Notes: generated by a model not told the origin, from the letters alone. 32,000 nucleotides of DNA from Nocardiopsis yanglingensis (GCA_045809185.1 JBJNRH010000003.1); one strand, 5' to 3'. Counted from the stretch's first letter, positions 19,052 through 26,017 are shown. A program made the numbers and translations.

Positions 19052-20371
19052 ATGACTGCGGCGACCAGATTCCAGCTCCTCGCACCACCGGCGCAACGCA
19101 CGCTCGTGATAAGCATCCTGGTGCTCAGCTTGGTGGCCTGGGTGTGTACGGCCGCCGTCCTTGCCATCGGCGGCCGGCCTGATCCATCCAGGCTCCGCCC
19201 TGTGGCACCTTTGATTGACGGGCCGTGGAAATTTCACGTCGGTGACGATCCGCGCTGGGCGGGTATCGTGTTGGATGATTCGTCCTGGGAAACACTCGAC
19301 CTGAGCGCACCGGCCAGCAGCATCGACGGCGACGTGGGACTGCCCAACTATGTCGGCGGATGGATGGCACACGGTCACTCCGGGTACCAGGGATATGCCT
19401 GGTACCGGCGCTCGCTTGTGATTCCAGAGGGCGACCGCGTATGGGACATCCTCGGGCCTACCGTCGTGGAGGATGGCTACGAGCTGTACTGGAACGGCAA
19501 GCGCCTTGGGGGCTCAGGCAGGCTAGGGGAGTCGCCTCGTGTCGTGGGTACGCGACCGATGATCTTTTCGCTTCCCTCCGATGCGGCAGGCACGCAGGGT
19601 GTGATCGCCATAAGAGCATTCATGCAGCCTGGCAGCGTTGCCGGCCCCGCGAGCGGCGGCATCCACGTGGCCCCGACACTAGCTCCGCAGCCAGAAAGCC
19701 GTGAGCTGTATCGCGTGCAATGGTGGCGTAGCGTCGCGGGCTACATTGTTGAAGTGGTCGAGCCGCTTGCGATGGCCATGGTGATCGTGTTGGCGCTGTC
19801 GTTGAGGCAGCTCAGCAGCCACCAGTCGTTCATCGCCTTCGTTTGCGTCGCGCTTCTGCTCTCTGCCGTGAAGCGGCTCGACAACGCGATCGTCTCCTGG
19901 ACGGATCTGCTCAGCCTTCCTGCCTACACATGGTTGAACAATGTGCTGTGGATGCCGCTCAGCCTGGCGGCATGGGCGCTGGCGTGGAATCGCTGGGCGC
20001 TTCCACCTTCGCGGGGGATCGATGCTGGTAGCCTTGTTCTGGCGGCTCTGGGGATTGCCGGAGGCGCTATGGGGGCGGCCTGGGGCACACAGGTCTTCCG
20101 CCTCGGCACACTCGCGCTGCTCGTGCTTGTCGCCGCGCGGACAGCCCGCCATGGGCCAATGCGCGGCATGGCACTGACCGTGCTGCTGGTAATTGCCGTA
20201 TCGCAGTACACGAGCGAACTCGGCTCGCTGGGGGTTCCAACGATCTGGTTCCCGTTCGGGATTGGCGTGACGCTGACCCAGTATGTGTATGGAATTGCCA
20301 TCCCGCTGCTGGCGGTGTTGATCGTGCGGACGGTCGCGACGGCTAAAGTGGTTCCTGGGAGGCGGCAGTGA
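19052..20371 (+). CDS. 7TM membrane receptor-like protein with an N-terminal extracytoplasmic galactose-binding-like domain and no output domain
   Basis: ATG 19052 (MTAATRF). One N-terminal TM, then a domain of about 200 aa (WKFHVGDDPRWA...YAWYRRSL, 7TMR-DISMED2-like), then about 7 hydrophobic helices to the C-terminus. Confidence 0.65.
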   Translation: MTAATRFQLLAPPAQRTLVISILVLSLVAWVCTAAVLAIGGRPDPSRLRPVAPLIDGPWKFHVGDDPRWAGIVLDDSSWETLDLSAPASSIDGDVGLPNYVGGWMAHGHSGYQGYAWYRRSLVIPEGDRVWDILGPTVVEDGYELYWNGKRLGGSGRLGESPRVVGTRPMIFSLPSDAAGTQGVIAIRAFMQPGSVAGPASGGIHVAPTLAPQPESRELYRVQWWRSVAGYIVEVVEPLAMAMVIVLALSLRQLSSHQSFIAFVCVALLLSAVKRLDNAIVSWTDLLSLPAYTWLNNVLWMPLSLAAWALAWNRWALPPSRGIDAGSLVLAALGIAGGAMGAAWGTQVFRLGTLALLVLVAARTARHGPMRGMALTVLLVIAVSQYTSELGSLGVPTIWFPFGIGVTLTQYVYGIAIPLLAVLIVRTVATAKVVPGRRQ

Positions 20372-20500
20372 AACGGATGCCGGTGACAGGGGACCAGCGG
20401 TGTGGCCACATTGATTGCGAGGGTTGGCCAGATTCCCATCAGGCTCCATGCCAGGGCAGGAACTCAGGGACTGGGCGGGAGCCGTCTCGGCCCTCAATGG

Positions 20501-20528
20501 CTAGAACATAATATACATACCGCCGTTG
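20501..20528 (-). other. hybrid XerCD site (attL): intact XerD arm and spacer, degenerate XerC arm
   Basis: The bottom strand reads CAACGGCGGTA-TGTATA-TTATGTTCTAG, compared with dif ATTTCGCATAA-TGTATA-TTATGTTCAGA at 26438-26465. Confidence 0.8.
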
Positions 20529-20887
20529 TCGGCAGCGCTAACCGCCTGAATTTGGGCGGTTTTTGCGTTTGCGAGACCTGGCATCGACAGCGCTACCAGC
20601 GCGACGACCGCAGCCGCCGCGCTCATTCTGTCCAGCATGAGGCGCCAGAGAGCCCGCTCGGTTGCCGACTGCGCCCGTTCTGCGTGGATCAATGCAATCC
20701 ACAGCGGTCCATCCAGCTTTCCGAGGGCGCAAAGCTGCGCAATTCGCTCATCCGGGATCGGATTCCGGCCAGATCGCCATGTACTGACCACTGCGCGGGT
20801 CAGTCCCAGCCGCTGAGCTAAAGCATTGTCGGACGGGAAGTTTCCGGCTTCCCGGACCTTGTCAAGTAGATCGTTGACGCTGCTCAT
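20501..20887 (-). CDS. phage HTH repressor-like protein (Cro/CI-like) with a hydrophobic C-terminal segment
   Basis: ATG 20887. HTH NALAQRLGLTRAVVSTWRSGRN. Divergent from the phage structural operon. The last 5 codons and the stop lie inside the att site. Confidence 0.7.
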   Translation of the reverse strand: MSSVNDLLDKVREAGNFPSDNALAQRLGLTRAVVSTWRSGRNPIPDERIAQLCALGKLDGPLWIALIHAERAQSATERALWRLMLDRMSAAAAVVALVALSMPGLANAKTAQIQAVSAADNGGMYIMF

Positions 20888-20900
20888 GTATGCGATTCCG

Positions 20901-20929
20901 TTGACATGCCGTTTGCGGATCACTATACA
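20901..20929 (+). promoter_or_regulatory. sigma-70 promoter for the rightward phage operon (TTGACA-17-TATACA)
   Basis: -35 at 20901-20906, exact 17-nt spacer, -10 at 20924-20929. A leftward TATAGT (complement of 20922-20927) overlaps it face-to-face. Confidence 0.6.
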
Positions 20930-20936
20930 TCGCCCC

Positions 20937-20956
20937 TGTATGCAGGTTTGCATACA
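20937..20956. promoter_or_regulatory. candidate operator palindrome TGTATGCA-N4-TGCATACA
   Basis: Perfect 8-bp arms immediately downstream of the -10. A third half-site, TGTATGCG, at 20887-20894 overlaps the repressor ATG. Confidence 0.45.
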
Positions 20957-21024
20957 CCCGCTACCGGCACCCCAAGGCCGTTGGCGGGTTCCCTTGGGGC
21001 GGGGCTTGGGGGAAGGGCAGGGCA

Positions 21025-21189
21025 ATGGATGCGACCGTTCTAGGTATCGTGGGGATGTGCTTGATCGCGGTGATCGTGGGCTTGGCCCGGATCACGGCTT
21101 GGTGGTTGGACCGGCGTGAGTACGCCGCTGGTCAGGGGGCACGCCAAGCGATCGCCATTGCCCAGGCAAGCGCCGAGGTGCGCCGATGA
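21025..21189 (+). CDS. 54-aa single-pass membrane miniprotein
   Basis: MDATVLGIVGMCLIAVIVGLARITAWWL... with high GC3. The stop overlaps the next ATG (ATGA). Below the ORF-track size cutoff. Confidence 0.45.
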   Translation: MDATVLGIVGMCLIAVIVGLARITAWWLDRREYAAGQGARQAIAIAQASAEVRR

Positions 21190-21269
21190 TCTTCCTGATC
21201 CCGCTTGTTCTCGTGGCCATCTTCTGGTGGTTCAAACACGTCCGCAGCGGCAGGGGGCCATTCGAATGA
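21186..21269 (+). CDS. 27-aa hydrophobic micropeptide
   Basis: MIFLIPLVLVAIFWWFKHVRSGRGPFE, with ATGA overlaps at both ends. Confidence 0.4.
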   Translation: MIFLIPLVLVAIFWWFKHVRSGRGPFE

Positions 21270-21364
21270 GTGACCTCAAAACCTATTCGGTCATTGTCGG
21301 TGGCTGGATTCTGATCGTCGTTTTCATCGCATGGCTGCGCGCCCGCGAAGGGCGACAGAAGTGA
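21266..21364 (+). CDS. 32-aa single-pass membrane micropeptide
   Basis: MSDLKTYSVIVGGWILIVVFIAWLRAREGRQK. ATGA overlap with the preceding micro-ORF. Confidence 0.45.
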   Translation: MSDLKTYSVIVGGWILIVVFIAWLRAREGRQK

Positions 21365-21473
21365 GCCTCTTGCTCGACCGCCTTCATCGGTGGATCTGGC
21401 GTTTGCCCGCGTGCAAGCCCGGTCATTGCTGCTGCCGCCGCACGTGCATTTGCATCATTCAGGAGCCGACCGA

Positions 21474-22451
21474 ATGAGCGGCGGAACCTGCAAATTCTGC
21501 GGGAACATCAGCGTCCACCTGTTCAAAGGCGGCCTCTGCTACGAGTGCAGCGAAAGCGACGTGCGCGTGCCTGTATCGGCGACGCCGGTTGATCGCCGCT
21601 CACCCGAGCTAGCTGCATTCGACGCGGCAAACGCACGCGCCTACGGCGCCCAGCGTCGTGCTGAGCTGTTCAATGAGAAGAACGCCGCGCACGGATTCTC
21701 GGCGGCGGCCGGAGGCCGTCGCCTTGGGCTTGTCCATTCTTCAACAAGTGACACGCGGCGCGTGTCACTCACTCTCGATCCGAATCACATTCGCGGACTG
21801 CGACTGAAGAAGTCGCTGATTACCGGAGCAAGGCTTCATGACCAAGAGGCGAAACAAGGCTCGTTCCGTGGCGCGTGGTACATGCTCACCACGACTTACC
21901 GAAACGGAAGTGACGCTGGCCCTCGTGACATTAGCGAGACACTTAAGCGCATCCGGGGCTTCTTCAATCGAGCTGTCCGATTGCGCTACCGGGGATACCG
22001 TCCGCGTTTCCGTTACCTCTGGTGCGGTGAACTCACTAAAGCCGGGGTTCCCCATTACCACGTCTTGATCTACATCCCTCGCGGGATTTTCTTGCCCAAG
22101 GCTGACAGGGCAGGGTGGTGGCCTCACGGCCATACCAAGATTGAAAAAGCCCGCAATGCAGTGGGCTATCTGGCGAAGTACGCCAGCAAATTTTCCCCCG
22201 ACATGCTCGCGTCGTTCCCGAAGGGATTTCGGACCCATGCCATCGGTGGACTCAACACGGAATCGAAGCGTGAACTGCGTTGGTGGAAAGCACCTAAGGC
22301 AGCACGCGATGCACTCGGCGTACTTGCCGACATCCGCAAAGCCCTGGGCGGCTACGTGGACAAAATCACCGGCGATTTCTGGCCCTCGCCGTGGAAAGTG
22401 ATCACCGACAGGGGCCGGATCATCGTATGGAAATTGGAGATACCCGCATGA
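21474..22451 (+). CDS. rolling-circle replication initiator (HUH, gene II-like) with an N-terminal zinc ribbon
   Basis: AGGAG RBS 8 nt before ATG 21474. CKFCGN...CYEC ribbon, HUH motif PHYHVLIY and Tyr motif GYLAKYASK. Confidence 0.8.
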   Translation: MSGGTCKFCGNISVHLFKGGLCYECSESDVRVPVSATPVDRRSPELAAFDAANARAYGAQRRAELFNEKNAAHGFSAAAGGRRLGLVHSSTSDTRRVSLTLDPNHIRGLRLKKSLITGARLHDQEAKQGSFRGAWYMLTTTYRNGSDAGPRDISETLKRIRGFFNRAVRLRYRGYRPRFRYLWCGELTKAGVPHYHVLIYIPRGIFLPKADRAGWWPHGHTKIEKARNAVGYLAKYASKFSPDMLASFPKGFRTHAIGGLNTESKRELRWWKAPKAARDALGVLADIRKALGGYVDKITGDFWPSPWKVITDRGRIIVWKLEIPA

Positions 22452-22750
22452 GCAAGATCATCATCCGCACCGCCACCGTCACCCCGCGTCAGATCAAGCG
22501 GAAGGACGGCAGCACCATGGTTTTCCGCGAACAGTCCGCTGCGATCATGAAGGATGGCGAGGACTTTCCGCATCCGTTCCGCCTCGGTCTGGACGATTCA
22601 CAGGCCCCGTATCCGGCTGGCGAGTATCAGGTTGATGCGTCGAGCTTCAACGTGGGTCAGTACGGTGATCTGATCGTCGGTCGCCGCCTTGTGCTGGTTC
22701 CTGTCGCACCTGCTGCGACTGCAGCCGCAGCCGTCTCAGCCAAGGCCTAA
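22448..22750 (+). CDS. ssDNA-binding protein (g5p-like)
   Basis: 100 aa with an ATGA overlap on the Rep stop. Same size, position and Ala-rich tail as the prophage-2 counterpart at 31134-31436. Confidence 0.65.
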   Translation: MSKIIIRTATVTPRQIKRKDGSTMVFREQSAAIMKDGEDFPHPFRLGLDDSQAPYPAGEYQVDASSFNVGQYGDLIVGRRLVLVPVAPAATAAAAVSAKA

Positions 22751-22753
22751 GTC

Positions 22754-22945
22754 ATGGCGCGGTACGTCTACGAATGCCTGCAATTCAATCAGCAGACCGG
22801 CACCTGTGAGCAGGCTGGATTCGTGCCGCGCACCGATATTCCCGCACTTACCACTGCCGAGGTGTCGGGAATCCTGTCCATGGTTGCGGTGTGTTTCGCC
22901 GTGGCATGGGCATACAAGCAAATAGGCAGAACCATCCGTAACTAG
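22754..22945 (+). CDS. small membrane protein preceding the coat gene (possible minor virion protein)
   Basis: 63 aa with a C-terminal TM (ILSMVAVCFAVAWAY). Positionally equivalent to 30873-31130 in prophage 2. Confidence 0.55.
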   Translation: MARYVYECLQFNQQTGTCEQAGFVPRTDIPALTTAEVSGILSMVAVCFAVAWAYKQIGRTIRN

Positions 22946-22960
22946 TGAAAGGGGAACACC

Positions 22961-23098
22961 ATGGAACTCGACGCAACCGCCGCATTGACTGTTCTGCAAG
23001 GACTGGCCGCTGTCCTGGGCACCATCGGCGCAGCAAAGCTCGCACCGGCCGCAATCTCGGTCGGCTTCAAGTGGATCAAGGGCGCGATCTTCGGTTGA
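22961..23098 (+). CDS. major coat protein (g8p-like, 45 aa, Pf3-type without signal peptide)
   Basis: MELDATAALTVLQGLAAVLGTIGAAKLAPAAISVGFKWIKGAIFG has an acidic N-terminus, a hydrophobic core and a basic C-terminus. RBS AAAGGGGA. Below the ORF-track cutoff. Confidence 0.75.
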   Translation: MELDATAALTVLQGLAAVLGTIGAAKLAPAAISVGFKWIKGAIFG

Positions 23099-23110
23099 TC
23101 GCGGTAACAC

Positions 23111-23135
23111 GGGGCCGGGCAATCCGGCCCCTTTT
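23111..23135 (+). terminator. rho-independent terminator after the coat gene
   Basis: GGGGCCGG-gcaat-CCGGCCCC followed by TTTT, the classic inovirus position. Confidence 0.8.
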
Positions 23136-23151
23136 CTATGGGGGATTCGTG

Positions 23152-23214
23152 ATGCTGGGTCTATTCGTTCTCTGCGCCGGCAGTGCCGCGCTTTACATCG
23201 CCTTTGGTGATTGA
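23152..23214 (+). CDS. 20-aa hydrophobic peptide (g7p/g9p-like candidate)
   Basis: MLGLFVLCAGSAALYIAFGD. GGGGGA upstream, and the stop overlaps the g3p-like start. Prophage 2 has a 27-aa equivalent at 30139-30222. Confidence 0.35.
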   Translation: MLGLFVLCAGSAALYIAFGD

Positions 23215-24155
23215 TGATGGGACTGTTCCTTCGCCTAGCGGTGTTCGCGTTGCTGATTGGCGTGTCCTCGCAGGCGCTCGCGGATGATCAGGGCGAGGCG
23301 TATGCAAAGTGTGTTCAGCAACTTGCGAAATTGACTGGTGAACGGATCGTTGACCGCCAGTGCGTGGTTGAGATTTATACCGGTGGCGCGTTTGGCGGCG
23401 CATATCGAGCGAAATACCGACTCAGGACTGATAGTGGTGGTGTTAGTTCACAGATTCAGAGCGGCCCGGACTTCAACTGGATTAAGGCATGCAGCGTCCG
23501 ACCGGAAGAGCTTGGTTGGGAGGGCGGCGCGACAGCGGCATCGGTGAACGCCTGTCACAAAGGCTGCATGTATTCCAGCTCGCTCGACCCGCTAGGGGTG
23601 GCGGGTTTTAGCTACACACCCACGGGTGGCATCTGTACGGAGTCCGATGCTCCAGCGCCAACGCCAGCAGGTGATGGCGGCGGGGATGATGGTGGTGGAA
23701 CTGGCGGTGAGACGGGTGGCGGGGATGGTGACGGCGGGGGCGACGGCGGGGGCGACGGTGATGGAGGTGGGGATGGTGGCGGCAACGGCGAGGGCGGTGG
23801 AAATGGAGATGGTGACGGTGATGGCGGCAGTGACGGCGGGGAAGATGGTGACGGTGATGGCGATGGCGATGGCGAGAATCCTAGCCTCCCCGAGAACCCT
23901 ACGTATCCCGGCGACGTGCCAATGCCCTACATGGACCCACCGATTCCGAGTAGCTACTTAGGGCAATGGTCTAGTGGTCTTGGTGGTGGTTCCTGTCCCG
24001 CTGCGAAGGTCATCACTGTTGGCGTTGGACCTGTCTCTACTACCGTCAGTTTTGAGTTCAAACCGCTCTGCGATTTCGCGCTGATGATCAAGGGCTTGGT
24101 CATCGCCTGCGCCGCGATCGCAGCTGTATATATCGTTTCTGGAGTGCGCAAATAA
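23214..24155 (+). CDS. minor coat / host-attachment protein (g3p-like) with a Gly/Asp-rich linker
   Basis: Signal peptide ...SSQALA|DDQGEAY, a Cys-containing N-domain, a GDGGG-type linker and a C-terminal membrane anchor (LVIACAAIAAVYIV). Confidence 0.75.
   Translation: MMGLFLRLAVFALLIGVSSQALADDQGEAYAKCVQQLAKLTGERIVDRQCVVEIYTGGAFGGAYRAKYRLRTDSGGVSSQIQSGPDFNWIKACSVRPEELGWEGGATAASVNACHKGCMYSSSLDPLGVAGFSYTPTGGICTESDAPAPTPAGDGGGDDGGGTGGETGGGDGDGGGDGGGDGDGGGDGGGNGEGGGNGDGDGDGGSDGGEDGDGDGDGDGENPSLPENPTYPGDVPMPYMDPPIPSSYLGQWSSGLGGGSCPAAKVITVGVGPVSTTVSFEFKPLCDFALMIKGLVIACAAIAAVYIVSGVRK
23671..23876 (+). repeat. degenerate GGTGAYGGYGGNGGN coding repeats (Gly/Asp linker of g3p-like protein)
   Basis: Encodes GDGGGDDGGGTGGETGGGDGDGGGDGGGDGDGGGDGGGNGEGGGNGDGDGDGGSDGGEDGDGDGDGDGE. 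Confidence 0.8.
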
Positions 24156-24439
24156 TGCCGTGGTTAGCAGCCTTCCTTGTCCAGCTTCTGGGCAACTCTC
24201 TCGCCCGTGTTCTCACTGGCGCTGGCCTCGGTCTCGCAACAGGCGCAGCCCTGTTGCCGCTTGTGAAGGGCGCACTGAACCTCATCACCCAGAAGTGGTC
24301 AGGCATCGCGGCCGATCTCGCCAATGTGATGCTCATGGCCGGGGCAGGGGAGGCCATCACCATGATCGGTTCCGCAATCGTGACCAAGGTTGTCATTGAT
24401 GCGGGCAAGGTCGCCGTACAGAAGGCAGCTTCCAAATGA
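24155..24439 (+). CDS. g6p-like minor coat membrane protein
   Basis: 94 aa and hydrophobic. TAATG overlap with the g3p-like gene and ATGA overlap with zot. Confidence 0.6.
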   Translation: MPWLAAFLVQLLGNSLARVLTGAGLGLATGAALLPLVKGALNLITQKWSGIAADLANVMLMAGAGEAITMIGSAIVTKVVIDAGKVAVQKAASK

Positions 24440-25650
24440 TGTATCTAATCTCGGGGCAACCCGGCAATGGCAAGACCTTGCGCGCGATGTCGATGGCGCT
24501 TGAGTTCTACGAGCAGAACCAGCAGCAGGTAAAGGAAGGCAAGGCGCAGCCGCGCCGATTCTTTACCAACATCGCGGGCGCCACAGTAGAGGAGGGCGCA
24601 GACGCTTTCCCGTGGATGGAGAAGCTGCCCGAACACAACGACTGGACACAGCTTCCGGACGGCTCTTTCGTGATCTACGACGAAGCGCATTCCGATGGCA
24701 ACACTCAGGGGCTGGAGCGTTACGGCAAGCTGTTCCCGTCGACCGGAAAGCCAGGTGAATCCGATGATCCTCGCATCCGCGCTATGTCGACACATCGGCA
24801 TCGCGGTTTCGATCTTGTGTTCGTCACGCAATGGCCGAACAAGATTCACCATCAGGTGCGCACTCTCATCGGTTCGCACACGCACATGAATCGTTCGTTC
24901 GGCATGCAGCGGGCAGGCGTCCTTACGTGGTCGCGCGTCCAAAGTGACCCGTACGATGAGAAGGTGCGCGACAAGGCCGAAGAGGAAATCTGGGCTTACC
25001 CCAAAGCGCTGTATAGCCGCTATCGCAGTGCGACGCTGCACACGGCCAGCCACAAATTCAAGGTTCCTACGAAGGTCTGGCAGGCGCTGTCCGTCACCAT
25101 TGCGCTAGTCCTTGGTGTCTGGATGATCTACGCGTTCATCATCAAACCGCCATCGGCACCAAAGAAGGTGGATCAGGGGGCCGGTGCTTTGCCGGCGGCT
25201 GGAGCCCTGGCGCCCTTGGGCGCGGGCGTGCCGGCGGCACGGCCCCTCAACCGTGAGGAGTACATCGAACGTCACAAGCCGCGGATTGAGTTTCAGCCGT
25301 GGTCGGCACCCGCCTTTGATGATCGCAGCGTTCAATCGCAGCCTGAGTTGTATTGCATGGCATCTGGCACCACCGAGCAGGACACAACGTGCACGTGCGT
25401 AACAGAGCAGGGCACTAAGGCCAAGATTTCAATCCCGGTATGTGTGGCGATCGCACGCGATGGCCCGGCTTACAATCCCTACCGCGCTCCCCGTCAGCAG
25501 TCCGAACCCGTTCGGGAAGAAGAATCCCGGAGTATTGCGAAGGCCGCTTCAACGGATTCGCCAGAGGCGGCCGCGCACGCGCTGATTGAGGTTGGCAAGC
25601 GTCCTATGGGCACATTCCCAGAGACGCCACCGTACCCGGCAAGCTTCTAA
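24436..25650 (+). CDS. zot: Zot / g1p-like assembly ATPase
   Basis: Walker A GQPGNGKT, Walker B VIYDEAH, a central TM (ALSVTIALVLGVWMIYAFI) and a periplasmic C-terminal domain. Confidence 0.85.
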   Translation: MMYLISGQPGNGKTLRAMSMALEFYEQNQQQVKEGKAQPRRFFTNIAGATVEEGADAFPWMEKLPEHNDWTQLPDGSFVIYDEAHSDGNTQGLERYGKLFPSTGKPGESDDPRIRAMSTHRHRGFDLVFVTQWPNKIHHQVRTLIGSHTHMNRSFGMQRAGVLTWSRVQSDPYDEKVRDKAEEEIWAYPKALYSRYRSATLHTASHKFKVPTKVWQALSVTIALVLGVWMIYAFIIKPPSAPKKVDQGAGALPAAGALAPLGAGVPAARPLNREEYIERHKPRIEFQPWSAPAFDDRSVQSQPELYCMASGTTEQDTTCTCVTEQGTKAKISIPVCVAIARDGPAYNPYRAPRQQSEPVREEESRSIAKAASTDSPEAAAHALIEVGKRPMGTFPETPPYPASF

Positions 25651-25976
25651 CGTGACGCATCACGGGCGCAGGTCGAAGACACCTGCACCCATCCGTTCTC
25701 AACTCTGCGGAACGTTTGACCATTGATGCATCGGTGTCCTGCAGGCAGGACCTTGGGGGCTTCCGCTCGGCCCGCAGCTTCGCGCTGCTGGCGCACCTCA
25801 TCGAGCGACATGCTCTGGCCAATCTGCCGGGTAAGCTGCTCAATGGCGCGTTCCTGTTCTTTCATGGCCGCGTGTCCTGCGATGCCCAGGACACCGCATG
25901 TGGCAAGCAGCAGAGCGCTGCCGCCTACGAACACCCCTAACGCCACCTTCCAAACCAATCCCGTCGAATTCGCCAT
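25647..25976 (-). CDS. membrane-anchored hypothetical protein (phage accessory)
   Basis: 109 aa with an N-terminal TM (VALGVFVGGSALLLATCGVLGI). The C-terminal CINGQTFRRVENGWVQ motif is shared with 26993-27400. Convergent with zot, with a 4-nt overlap. Confidence 0.5.
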   Translation of the reverse strand: MANSTGLVWKVALGVFVGGSALLLATCGVLGIAGHAAMKEQERAIEQLTRQIGQSMSLDEVRQQREAAGRAEAPKVLPAGHRCINGQTFRRVENGWVQVSSTCARDASR

Positions 25977-26017
25977 CTATGGCACCCCCAAGTGATCCAG
26001 CGGCCATTCTACGGGGT

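Noticed and set aside
20826-21364. Track ORFs 20826-21119 (97 aa) and 21116-21364 (82 aa) as the genes in the switch-to-Rep interval
   Set aside because: The first runs through the promoter/operator region and has an implausible composition. The N-terminal 50 codons of the second are Arg/Pro-rich. Three ATGA-chained hydrophobic micro-ORFs explain the region better.
23671-23876. Regular short repeats here and at 29428-29682, considered as a possible CRISPR or VNTR array
   Set aside because: They lie in frame inside g3p-like genes and encode Gly/Asp(/Thr/Pro) linkers. There are no unique spacers and no repeat-spacer periodicity.
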